From an uncultured Desulfarculus sp. (GTDB lineage: Bacteria; Desulfobacterota; Desulfarculia; Desulfarculales; Desulfarculaceae), in contig CAXXUK010000001.1 of the NCBI GenBank assembly GCA_963665125.2, positions 3,392,001-3,456,000 on the forward strand: a stretch of DNA of 64,000 nucleotides, given 5' to 3'. Positions 55,398 to 63,838 of the stretch are shown one piece after another. Under the pieces are notes generated by a model. That model was not told where the DNA came from. It did no database searches and saw only the letters and a list, made by a program, of their open reading frames with translations. The position numbers and the translations under genes are program-made. Each line of letters begins with the position of its first letter. The first letter of the stretch is position 1.

Positions 55398-55931
55398 GGT
55401 GTCCTACCTCGCTAAAGCGGTACTTCAAGGCGCCTGTGTATATTGCCGTTCCGCCAACCCAATCCCACTATTTATTGATTCGTGCAATTACTCAAAAAGG
55501 TTTCACATGGGGCATAATAATAATTGCCAAAGTTTGTTACATTTTGATGAACACTGGAATTCATTTTGTATACAATTCATCTATAAGTGTGTCAAACCAA
55601 TTTTTCGCCCAGGCCCTAGATCAATTATTCTAATTTTATCAAACAATTGTGGACCTACATAATCAACATGCCCTTGTGACTGGGAAATTTCACATCATGT
55701 AAATTTTAAGTGACCTGCTGAAAAACTTATTTGAAAAAATTATATTGTCAATACTTTTTTAGACAATCCTTACTTTAAAATTTATTTCACGAGCCGGGCT
55801 TCCCTTCATTTATCCAACCGGTGGAGATGTGCGGGTAGGGTGGCGTCAGATGTGGAACCGGGCAAAGAAATGGGCCAAATCCGGAATGGCTTAATTATTT
55901 CAATCCGGACGATGACCGTTGCCGACCTAGC

Positions 55932-56961
55932 TGTAGATGCTAAAGACGTTGTTCACACACCGATCTTGTTAGAGACTGGTTTTACCAAGACTAGCCTCAT
56001 CCAAGGAGCAGCGTGTGAACAACTACCACAAGAATGCCCGAACCACGGTTTTTAGTCGAGAGCTGATCGTTAAAAGAATTCGTCAGGAAGGGGAAAAGGT
56101 GTCCGAGGTGGCCAGGCAGTTTGGGGTCAGCCGTCAGACAGTCTATAAGTGGCTGACCCGGCACCGACAGGGCGGTGCCACAGCCCTACACAACGCCGGT
56201 TCACGGCCTCGTACAAGCCCTGGGCGCATGCCCGTGGAGCGGGTCGCCACCATAGCGGCCATGCGCCGCATGCGGAAAAGCTCCGTGGAGATAGCCATTT
56301 CCCTTTCCCTGCCCATATCCAGCGTTACGTTGGAACTGAGGCGCTTGGGGCTTAACAAGCTGAGCCGGTTGGAACCCAAGCCGTCGGTCATGCGCTACGA
56401 ACACGACAGCCCTGGCGACATGATTCACCTTGATATCAAGAAGTTGGGAAGGATAGACGGCGTGGGGCACCGCATCACCGGTGATCGCTCCCAGCGTCAA
56501 CGGGGCGCGGGCTGGGAGTACTTGCATGTATGCGTCGATGACAACAGCCGTCTGGCCTACAGCGAGCTTTTGCCCGACGAGAAGGCCGTTACCGCCACCT
56601 GTTTCCTCTTCCGTGCCGTGGGCTGGTTTAAACGCCATGGCGTAAAGGTGGACCGCGTACTCACCGATAACGGCAGTTGCTATAGGTCCCATCTTTTCAG
56701 AATGGCTTGCAACCACCTTGGTGCCCGGCCCAAGAAGACCAGGCCCTATACGCCGCGCACCAACGGCAAGGCCGAGCGCTTCATCCAAACCAGTATTAAG
56801 GAATGGGCTTATGGACAAGCCTATGAGTCATCAGCGGAGCGGGCCGATCATTTGATCCCTTGGCTTAATTACTACAATAACCAAAGGCCGCATACGGCTT
56901 TGAAATATCAACCGCCGATCTCAAGATTAGCTAAGTGTGAACAACGTCCTTGCTAACAACA
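55932..56961 (+). mobile_element. IS481-family insertion sequence (1030 bp) with 6-bp target duplication CCTAGC
   Basis: TGT...ACA ends sharing gacgttgttcacac; CCTAGC at 55926-55931 and 56962-56967. Confidence 0.96.
56015..56956 (+). CDS. IS481 transposase
   Basis: HKNAR, HLDIKKLG, LTDNG, TNGKAERFI. Confidence 0.96.
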   Translation: MNNYHKNARTTVFSRELIVKRIRQEGEKVSEVARQFGVSRQTVYKWLTRHRQGGATALHNAGSRPRTSPGRMPVERVATIAAMRRMRKSSVEIAISLSLPISSVTLELRRLGLNKLSRLEPKPSVMRYEHDSPGDMIHLDIKKLGRIDGVGHRITGDRSQRQRGAGWEYLHVCVDDNSRLAYSELLPDEKAVTATCFLFRAVGWFKRHGVKVDRVLTDNGSCYRSHLFRMACNHLGARPKKTRPYTPRTNGKAERFIQTSIKEWAYGQAYESSAERADHLIPWLNYYNNQRPHTALKYQPPISRLAKCEQRPC

Positions 56962-57150
56962 CCTAGCCCTTGCCCTTGCATACCCTGGATATTCCGTTAG
57001 AGTGTAGCGGTTTGATCCATGCACCGGAGCCTAGCGCCCCGCCAGACAGGAGAGGAGAAACTCGTGATGCACGCTTTCAACAAACTCTGACCCTTATCAA
57101 TGCATCACACCCCTGCCCCTTGATTCCGGCCGGGGGACAAGCGAGAAAAA

Positions 57151-57990
57151 ATGTTTGAAAAACTGAATAGGATCAACCGGCGTCCCGCGCCGTACGAGTT
57201 TACCACCACCGCCGATCTGTGGACCGATGAGTACGTCTCGGCCCGGATGCTCGAGTATCATCTAAACGCCGATGTGGACATGTCCTCCCGGAGGCATGAT
57301 TTCATCGACCGCTCGGCCCGTTGGATCGCCGACCGCTTTGACCTGAAAAGCGGCGCAGCGGTGTGCGACTTCGGCTGCGGTCCGGGCCTGTACACCAGCC
57401 GCTTCTCCAAGGCCGGGGCAACGGTCACCGGCGTGGATTTCTCGCCGCGCTCAATCGCCTACGCCAAGGACGCGGCTGTCAAAGACGGCCTGGACATCAA
57501 ATATGAGTGCCTGAACTACCTTGAGTTCGCCTCGGACCGGCGCTTTGATCTGATCACCATGATCTTCTGCGATTTTTGCGCCCTTGAACCGGCAAGCCGG
57601 GCCGTAATGCTGGGCAAGTTCGGTGATCTGCTGGCCCCCGGCGGGTCGGTGCTCCTGGACGTGTTCACACGCAATTTCCTGGCCCCGGTCAATGAAGGCA
57701 TGAGCGTGGAATACTCAGAGTCCGACGGCTTCTGGTCAGCCGAACCGTATTACGCCTTTGAAAATACCTTCAAATACGAACTGGAAGGCATTTACCTGGG
57801 CAAGCATACGGTCATCGAACAAGGCCGCACCAGGGAGATCTACAACTGGTTGCAGTGCTACACGCCCGAAAGTCTGGCCACCGAGTTCGCGGCCGCCGGT
57901 CTGAAGATCAGCGGCGCCTACGCCAACGTGGCCGGCGACCCCTACGATCCGCAGGCCGTTGAGATGGCCATAACCGCCATCAAGGCCTGA
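57151..57990 (+). CDS. Class I SAM-dependent methyltransferase
   Basis: DFGCGPGLY, GVDFS, FDLITMIFCDF. Confidence 0.9.
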   Translation: MFEKLNRINRRPAPYEFTTTADLWTDEYVSARMLEYHLNADVDMSSRRHDFIDRSARWIADRFDLKSGAAVCDFGCGPGLYTSRFSKAGATVTGVDFSPRSIAYAKDAAVKDGLDIKYECLNYLEFASDRRFDLITMIFCDFCALEPASRAVMLGKFGDLLAPGGSVLLDVFTRNFLAPVNEGMSVEYSESDGFWSAEPYYAFENTFKYELEGIYLGKHTVIEQGRTREIYNWLQCYTPESLATEFAAAGLKISGAYANVAGDPYDPQAVEMAITAIKA

Positions 57991-58006
57991 TCCCCACATA
58001 TGAACA

Positions 58007-58034
58007 AGGCCCCGCTTCGGCGGGGCTTTTTATT
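58007..58034. terminator. Terminator between convergent genes
   Basis: aaggccccg-cttcgg-cggggcttttt. Confidence 0.75.
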
Positions 58035-59000
58035 TCAACCCCGCAGTTCCTCTGGCTCGGGGATGACGATATTGTTGTCGGCCAGGTATTGTCTGTAGCC
58101 GGTCAGCGGCTCGCCCCAATAGACGATGCGCACCGCGCCGGTGGGGCAGTTGTTGAGGCACCCCATGCAATCGACGCATTTGCCCTTGTCCACCTCTGCC
58201 TTGTCCGGGCCGATGGCCCCCACCGGGCAGGCATGGGCGCAGGCCCCGCAGCCGATGCATTTGTCCTTGTCAATATAGTGCTCATCGGTGATCAGCTTGC
58301 TGAACCAGATGGGAGCCAAATTTTTCTTCACATCGCCGAAGCCGAGCTCATGGCTGTACTCAAAGGCCTTGCCCTGGCGCACGCTGGCCAGGATATCGGC
58401 GGCGTACTTGCGGGCCCTGTCATAGGTCTGCTGGTTTGGCTGGCCCAGGCCCTGGCTTTGCTTATCCGGATAATGGGCCCAAAAGGCGGGATAGGTGCCC
58501 AGGTTTCCGAAACAGGCCAAGCCCACCGGCACGCCGCCTCGCCCGGCGCAGGCGTCCAGAAGCTGGCAGGCGGTATTGTGCTGGTTGCTGGCCGGGATGC
58601 CGTGGGTCACGAAGGCCGCCACCGGCGTTCCATTCAACTGCGGCAGGCCCGCCAGCCAATCGAGCGCCCACTGGGGGGCCTGGTAATGGTTGACCGGCGA
58701 ACCCACGGCGATTATGTCGTATTGATCTGCAACCGAGGGGTCCAGCTCCCGCATCTCGGCGGAGTGCACAGTCAACCCGGCCATTTGCCAACGTGCGGCG
58801 ATGAGCCTGCCCATGCGCTGGGTGTTGCCCGTCTGGCTGTACCAGGTCACCAGGGCCGTCTTGGGCTCCTTGGGGGCGACCGGCGCGTGGTTGCGCGTCC
58901 CGTAGCCGTTGCATCCGGCGCACCCGGCGGGCACGGCCAAGGCCGCCGCTCCCATGGCTCCCAACTTCAAAAAAGTGCGTCTCGTTTTTTTGGTCGACAT
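58035..59000 (-). CDS. EFR1-type flavodoxin-ferredoxin fusion with Tat signal
   Basis: TRRTFLK twin-arginine motif; YSQTGNT FMN loop; two CxxCxxCxxxCP motifs. Confidence 0.85.
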   Translation of the reverse strand: MSTKKTRRTFLKLGAMGAAALAVPAGCAGCNGYGTRNHAPVAPKEPKTALVTWYSQTGNTQRMGRLIAARWQMAGLTVHSAEMRELDPSVADQYDIIAVGSPVNHYQAPQWALDWLAGLPQLNGTPVAAFVTHGIPASNQHNTACQLLDACAGRGGVPVGLACFGNLGTYPAFWAHYPDKQSQGLGQPNQQTYDRARKYAADILASVRQGKAFEYSHELGFGDVKKNLAPIWFSKLITDEHYIDKDKCIGCGACAHACPVGAIGPDKAEVDKGKCVDCMGCLNNCPTGAVRIVYWGEPLTGYRQYLADNNIVIPEPEELRG

Positions 59001-59012
59001 GTCTTTATCCCA

Positions 59013-60197
59013 TCACTTTGGCAGGCCGTCGGCGTAACAGCGCAGGGGCAGATTGTTGAACATTCCGGCCAGGCACATGTTGCAAGACGTGCACTGGGCC
59101 TCGGTGGCCTTGCCTTCCATCAGCCGCTGGGGCAGAAAAGGCTCGCGGATCAGGGGCCGGGACAGGGAAATGAAGTCCGCCTTGCCGCGGGCCAGGATGT
59201 CTTCCATTTCGGCCAGGGTCCGCACGCCGCCCACCAGGATCAGGGGCATGTTGCTCAGCCTTGGTTTGATGACTTCGGCGGCCTGGAGATTGTACAGCGG
59301 CCGGAATTTGCAGGGCTCCAATTGGCCCTTGAAAACCAGCCTGGCGATGGGCCGTTTCCACAGGGGCAGAGCCTTGGCCAAATCATTGATGGGCACCTCG
59401 CCCCTGGTGGTGTGGAACGAATAATAGGTGCCGCTGCTGATCTCCGCGGCGGCCACGTCCAGTTCCTCCAGCCACACGGCGTATTGGGCGGCCAATTCCG
59501 GGGTGATGCCTTGCTTAGGCGTAAAGTCGTTGGCGTTGAGCTTGACCAAAACCGGCAGGCCGCCGCCGGTTTCCCGCCGGATCGCCGAAATGACCTCCCG
59601 GACAATGCGGAACATGTTTTCCGGGCAGCCGCCCCACTGGTCCTTGCGCACATTGAAAAACGGCGACAAGAAGCTGTTGAGCAGATAGCCGTGGGCGCAG
59701 TGCAGTTGCACGCCGTCGGCCCCGGCCCGCTGGGCCCGCCGGGCCGCCTGCGCGAAATCGTCGATGATCCGGGCGATATCCTGGTCGGTGGCTGCCTTGG
59801 GCTTGTCCATGCTGGCCGGATCGCGGCCAAAGCTGCTGGGTGCCATGGGCGGCTGGCCGGTGATCTTGCGGGGGCTTTGCCTGCCGCCGTGGGCGATCTG
59901 GAACACGATCTTCGCGCCGTGACGGTGCACCTCGTCGACAAGCTTAATCAAGCCGGGCAAAAGACCGTCATGGTGCACGCCGGCCTGGCCCTCGAAGGCC
60001 TTGCCCTGGCCGGATATGTACATATAGCCGGGAATGATCAGGCCCACGCCGCCCTTGGCCAGGTTGCGGTAACGTTTGATCAGTTCCGGGGTGATCTCGC
60101 CGCCCGGGGCGGCCATGCCTTCATGGGTAGCCGAATGGATCAGACGGTTTTTAAGCTCGATGCCGCCGATATCGGCGTTTTCAAACAGCCTGGCCAT
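59013..60197 (-). CDS. NADH:flavin oxidoreductase (OYE-like)
   Basis: NRLIHSATHE, QLHCAHGYL, CTSCNMC. Confidence 0.9.
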   Translation of the reverse strand: MARLFENADIGGIELKNRLIHSATHEGMAAPGGEITPELIKRYRNLAKGGVGLIIPGYMYISGQGKAFEGQAGVHHDGLLPGLIKLVDEVHRHGAKIVFQIAHGGRQSPRKITGQPPMAPSSFGRDPASMDKPKAATDQDIARIIDDFAQAARRAQRAGADGVQLHCAHGYLLNSFLSPFFNVRKDQWGGCPENMFRIVREVISAIRRETGGGLPVLVKLNANDFTPKQGITPELAAQYAVWLEELDVAAAEISSGTYYSFHTTRGEVPINDLAKALPLWKRPIARLVFKGQLEPCKFRPLYNLQAAEVIKPRLSNMPLILVGGVRTLAEMEDILARGKADFISLSRPLIREPFLPQRLMEGKATEAQCTSCNMCLAGMFNNLPLRCYADGLPK

Positions 60198-60199
60198 AA

Positions 60200-60640
60200 T
60201 TAACCCTCCGGGCTTGGTCGGACTCCGAACGAAACGGCAAAGGCGGCCAGCGAGACAAGCAGAGTCAGCGCCGTTGGCATCAAGGGCGGATTGGCCGCGG
60301 TGTTTGCCTGAATGTTATAGATCAGTGCGGTCATTACCGCCGAATCGACAATTGTGATGGCCCCCAGAGCCCAGCGGGACCAGGCCTCGCCCCGGCGGAA
60401 CGGCATTGCCAGCAGGATGGCCACGGCCAGGCCGGTGATGAAAAAGCCCAAGCCCCCCGCCTTCATGAAGCTCAGGGTCATGATTCGCGGACCGGCGGCC
60501 ATGGCCTCCCAACTGGTGCCCAGGGCCTGTAGGTGGTAGCTCATGATTTGATCGGCCAGCAGATAACGCACCCCGATGACCATGGAGCCCAGAGCCACCA
60601 GACCATAGCAGATCATTGAAATCATCTTCGCCTTTTTCAT
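60200..60640 (-). CDS. Four-TM membrane protein
   Basis: Hydrophobic; PFRRGEAWSRWAL motif; paralog of the upstream gene. Confidence 0.75.
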   Translation of the reverse strand: MKKAKMISMICYGLVALGSMVIGVRYLLADQIMSYHLQALGTSWEAMAAGPRIMTLSFMKAGGLGFFITGLAVAILLAMPFRRGEAWSRWALGAITIVDSAVMTALIYNIQANTAANPPLMPTALTLLVSLAAFAVSFGVRPSPEG

Positions 60641-60644
60641 AGCT

Positions 60645-61133
60645 TCATCTCCGTTCATGTGCAGGTGTTATGGCAGGCCATGATTCGACGGGGTCCATCT
60701 CCCCGAAAGACCTGTCCAGATAGGAAAACAAACACCCGGCAAGGGCTATGCAGGCGGCCGGCACAAGCGGCGCAAGGGGCGCCGTATTGCCGGGCATGAG
60801 TTCCAGGCCGGAAATCACTTCGGTTAATAGGATCATACCGGTCAGCGACAGCAGGGGCAGGGCCCAGCGGGACCAGGGTCTGCCCTCGCGGAACGGGCCA
60901 AGCAGGGTGGCGGCCATCAGCAGGCCGATGATGAAAAGGCCGAGGCCCCTTGTTCCGACGATGCAGCCGATCATTTCCTGCACGCTGGGGGCCAGGGTCT
61001 GCCAGTTGGTGCCCAGTTCAAAATACGGCGAGGTGGCGTACTTGCTCAGCTTCATCAGCTGGCCGCCGGTCATGGCCGCGCCCGCGGCCAAGAGGCCGTA
61101 GCAAATGGTTGCGATGATTCTATTGTGCTGCAT
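60645..61133 (-). CDS. Four-TM membrane protein (paralog)
   Basis: ICYGL, LGTNWQTLAP, PFREGRPWSRWAL shared with 60200-60640. Confidence 0.7.
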   Translation of the reverse strand: MQHNRIIATICYGLLAAGAAMTGGQLMKLSKYATSPYFELGTNWQTLAPSVQEMIGCIVGTRGLGLFIIGLLMAATLLGPFREGRPWSRWALPLLSLTGMILLTEVISGLELMPGNTAPLAPLVPAACIALAGCLFSYLDRSFGEMDPVESWPAITPAHERR

Positions 61134-61665
61134 GGTTGTTATCCTTGTTGAGCACGGCTGATTGGCCGGTTTTGCATATATATGTATGGTTGCAGAGTTC
61201 ATCACCGCCGCCTATTTGGCAGTCCCGGCTGAAATCCCAGTTGTTCTTGTTTTCCTCGGCAATGAGCCAGTCGCTGTGGCAACAATGAAGGCCCATTTCC
61301 GGCAGGCCCATGCGGATAAAGGCCTGGGCATGGGGACAATTCGCGTATTGCAGGGCCAGCACATTGCTGTCGTGGCGAATGACCTCTATGTCGTAAAGTA
61401 GGCCCAGCCGGCTGATATTGCGGCGCATTTGCTGCGTGAAGCGGTCGAAATCATCCGGACCCTTTGCTTTGGGGATGAGCGTCCATTGGGCGAGCTTCTT
61501 GACGACCACGGCAGCCGCCGGCCCCCAGAGCTTTACAGCCCTTTCACGGCCGGTGAAAACGGCCGTTGCCTTGACCGCCAGGCCCAAAGGCAGGGCAATG
61601 CCATATCCGGTGGCGTTTCTAAGCAGTTTCTTGAAGGCATCCACGGTTATGCTCTCTTTGCCCAT
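61120..61665 (-). CDS. ATC-hydrolase-like (L-2-amino-thiazoline-4-carboxylate hydrolase/V4R-like) protein
   Basis: CPHA...G.PE...CCHSD...FSR..QIGGG...C pattern. Confidence 0.7.
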   Translation of the reverse strand: MGKESITVDAFKKLLRNATGYGIALPLGLAVKATAVFTGRERAVKLWGPAAAVVVKKLAQWTLIPKAKGPDDFDRFTQQMRRNISRLGLLYDIEVIRHDSNVLALQYANCPHAQAFIRMGLPEMGLHCCHSDWLIAEENKNNWDFSRDCQIGGGDELCNHTYICKTGQSAVLNKDNNHAAQ

Positions 61666-61683
61666 GCCAATTCCTCGGTCGCA

Positions 61684-61699
61684 GAATGATTATTCATTC
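61684..61699. promoter_or_regulatory. Putative TetR operator
   Basis: GAATGA-ttat-TCATTC. Confidence 0.75.
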
Positions 61700-61853
61700 C
61701 GCAATCAATGAAAAAATATATGTGCTCTTCCCCCGGGCGGCTCGGGCCCCTGGTAAATCATTGGCGCACCCCAGCCAAATTATTGTTTGCGGGCGCCCGG
61801 AACCACCGGAGGGTTGAGCAGTTTTACCGAGACATCTTTGTAAGCAGCTTGCA

Positions 61854-61869
61854 GAATGAACTTTCATTC
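61854..61869. promoter_or_regulatory. Putative TetR operator
   Basis: GAATGA-actt-TCATTC. Confidence 0.7.
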
Positions 61870-61887
61870 CGTTTTTCCTTAAAAAAA

Positions 61888-62451
61888 TTAGTTGCGGATG
61901 GCTTGCCAGGCCATCTCTTCTATCTTGTCGATAATCTCGGGAGTCAGTTCCAAATAACCAACCCAATGGGCTTTGACCGCCTCGTGAACTATGCCGCTGA
62001 CAAAAGCCACCAATGCCTCGGGTGGAACGTCATCCTTGAGTATCTGTTGCTCCTGACCAGTGGCCAAGATCGCGGCGAACTGGTTGCGGAATCCCTCGCT
62101 CAGGGCCTGGCTTTCGGCGTCCAAATAGGGCTGGTGGTGGTGCGACTCCAAAAATTTATAAGCATGCTGGTTCGTTATGGCGTAGTTGACCCAGTTTGTA
62201 AACGAACTCTTACAAATGGATCGCAGGGGTACTTCCTCGCCGAGGTCTTCTCCCACACAACTGAACATCTCTTGCTTCAGGTGGCGGTAAAGCTCGTTGA
62301 CCAGAGCCTCCTTGTCCTTGAAATAGCGGTAGATTGTGCCCGAGCCCACCTGGGCCTTCTCGGCGATAAGCGGCACCGGGGTCCCGTAAAAGCCCCGTTC
62401 GGCAAAAAGTTCCATTGCTGCCGTCATGATTGCTTCGCGCTTATCCACCAA
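61888..62451 (-). CDS. TetR/AcrR regulator
   Basis: AMELFAERGFYGT...GSGTIYRYFKDKEAL. Confidence 0.95.
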   Translation of the reverse strand: MVDKREAIMTAAMELFAERGFYGTPVPLIAEKAQVGSGTIYRYFKDKEALVNELYRHLKQEMFSCVGEDLGEEVPLRSICKSSFTNWVNYAITNQHAYKFLESHHHQPYLDAESQALSEGFRNQFAAILATGQEQQILKDDVPPEALVAFVSGIVHEAVKAHWVGYLELTPEIIDKIEEMAWQAIRN

Positions 62452-62469
62452 TTTGCGTCACCTCCTGCG

Positions 62470-62511
62470 GAATGATCGTTCATTTTCAAGATAGCGGAAT
62501 GATCATTCCGC
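62470..62511. promoter_or_regulatory. Putative autoregulatory TetR operators
   Basis: GAATGA-tcgt-TCATTT (62470-62485) and the perfect palindrome GCGGAATGATCATTCCGC (62494-62511). Confidence 0.75.
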
Positions 62512-62567
62512 GTCAAGAGAAAAGCAAAATATATTTTTCCATTTCCAAAACAAGTTGACCAGCTAGA

Positions 62568-62584
62568 GTTTAGATGCTAAATAC
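62568..62584. promoter_or_regulatory. Putative MarR operator, copy 1
   Basis: GTTTAG-atg-CTAAATAC overlapping the promoter (TTGACC at 62555). Confidence 0.75.
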
Positions 62585-62589
62585 TGGCC

Positions 62590-63042
62590 ATGAGCACAAG
62601 TAACGACAATCTGGCCGGGGCGCTGCAACGAGTCATCAACAAGCTGATATTTTTGGAAAAGCGGATAATTTTCCAACATGGCGGCGTCAAGTTGCACCCC
62701 TCGGAGATTCACCTGATGCAATTGATCCAGGCCGAAAAGCGGATCAACGCCACCCAGATGGCCCGGCAGCTTGGAATAACCAAGGGTGCGGTTTCCCAGA
62801 CCTTAACCCGCCTGGGAAAAAAGGGTGTCCTCCAAAAAAGCAAAGACCCCCAGCAAAAAAATGAACTCACCGCATCATTCACGCACCTAGGCCAGGAGGC
62901 CATCGCGGCCTTTGAAAATCAGCAGGCCCGGCGCACCGCCCTTTTCGCGGATTACATGGGCCAAATGCCGACCCAAGACCGCCAGGCGGTGGCGGGGTTC
63001 CTGGATCAGATGGAGCGGTTCCTGGCCGAACTGGCCAAGTAG
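62590..63042 (+). CDS. MarR-family regulator
   Basis: LHPSEIHL...NATQMARQLGITKGAVSQTLTRL.KKG wHTH. Confidence 0.92.
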   Translation: MSTSNDNLAGALQRVINKLIFLEKRIIFQHGGVKLHPSEIHLMQLIQAEKRINATQMARQLGITKGAVSQTLTRLGKKGVLQKSKDPQQKNELTASFTHLGQEAIAAFENQQARRTALFADYMGQMPTQDRQAVAGFLDQMERFLAELAK

Positions 63043-63061
63043 AAATTTTTTTCCAATGAGT

Positions 63062-63078
63062 GTTTAGCATCTAAATAC
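63062..63078. promoter_or_regulatory. Putative MarR operator, copy 2
   Basis: GTTTAG-cat-CTAAATAC immediately before the AGGAGG RBS of the MerB-like gene. Confidence 0.75.
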
Positions 63079-63091
63079 AGAGGAGGAGATC

Positions 63092-63838
63092 ATGGATAAC
63101 TTACTGCTATTGGGTATCTGGCGGCTGGCCATCAGCCTGCCGGAAGGGGTCTGGCAAAAGCAGGCCCGCGTCCGCCAGAAAAAGTTCGAGAGCGCCACCA
63201 GCTTCATCACGCCCAGACACCGTGCCGTACATCATTTCGTGGTGCGCGAACTGCCCGGCCTGGCCCGGCCCATGCCGCCGGAGTTCGTGGCCGATGGGCT
63301 GGGCATTGCCCTGGATGAAGTTGTGCGGATCATGGACGATCTGCAAAACCACATGACTTTTTTGTACCGCGACGGCGCGGGCAACGTCATCTGGGCCTAT
63401 CCCGTCACCGTGGAGCCCACGCCCCACAGGCTCACCTTTGATAGCGGCGAAGAAATATACGCCGCCTGAGCGGTGGACGCTTTTGCCACGCCCTTCGTGC
63501 AAGGGCGCCTCAGACAACGCGACCTGACGGTGACCATAGAAACCTCCTGCGCCCATACCGGCAGGCCCATGCGCATAACTGTAGGTTCTGATCTGGAATA
63601 CGAGGCTGCTGACGGGGCCGAGCCGGTGATCTTCGTGCCTCATGTCGACGTGCCCAGCCTGGAAGACGACAGTATCATTGACGCGTTCTGACGCCAGAGC
63701 GTTTTCTTCTGGTCAGAAGAACATGCAAGGGCCCACAGACGCAAGCAGCACCGGATTCGCGGCATCTATGCCTCGGCCCAAAGAGCCGGGCGCATAGTCA
63801 TCATGAGTCAGAGCGCCTTGTTCGGCTTTGACCGGTGA
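63092..63838 (+). CDS. MerB-like organometallic lyase, predicted selenoprotein with two Sec (248 aa; UGA at 63467 and 63689)
   Basis: One continuous frame across two TGAs. IYAA-U-AVD matches MerB LYAW-C-ALD; TSCAHTG matches SHCAATG; DAF-U-RQSVFF matches SF-C-CHVHFF. A hairpin follows each TGA. Confidence 0.85.
63489..63507 (+). promoter_or_regulatory. Candidate SECIS element for Sec126
   Basis: cgccctt-CGTGC-aagggcg, starting 19 nt after the TGA; ctgag/ctcag can close a lower stem. Confidence 0.6.
63704..63721 (+). promoter_or_regulatory. Candidate SECIS element for Sec200
   Basis: ttcttct-GGTC-agaagaa, starting 12 nt after the TGA; GGUC loop as in the E. coli fdhF SECIS. Confidence 0.75.

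Noticed and set aside
58089..60203. 704-aa plus-strand ORF and similar long antisense ORFs (e.g. 46045-47592, 39127-40494, 34538-35860)
   Set aside because: They fully overlap well-supported genes on the opposite strand and show no recognisable motifs.
63092..63691. MerB-like gene as a nonsense pseudogene
   Set aside because: Both stops are TGA at catalytic Cys positions, each with a hairpin, and there are no frameshifts or other decay.
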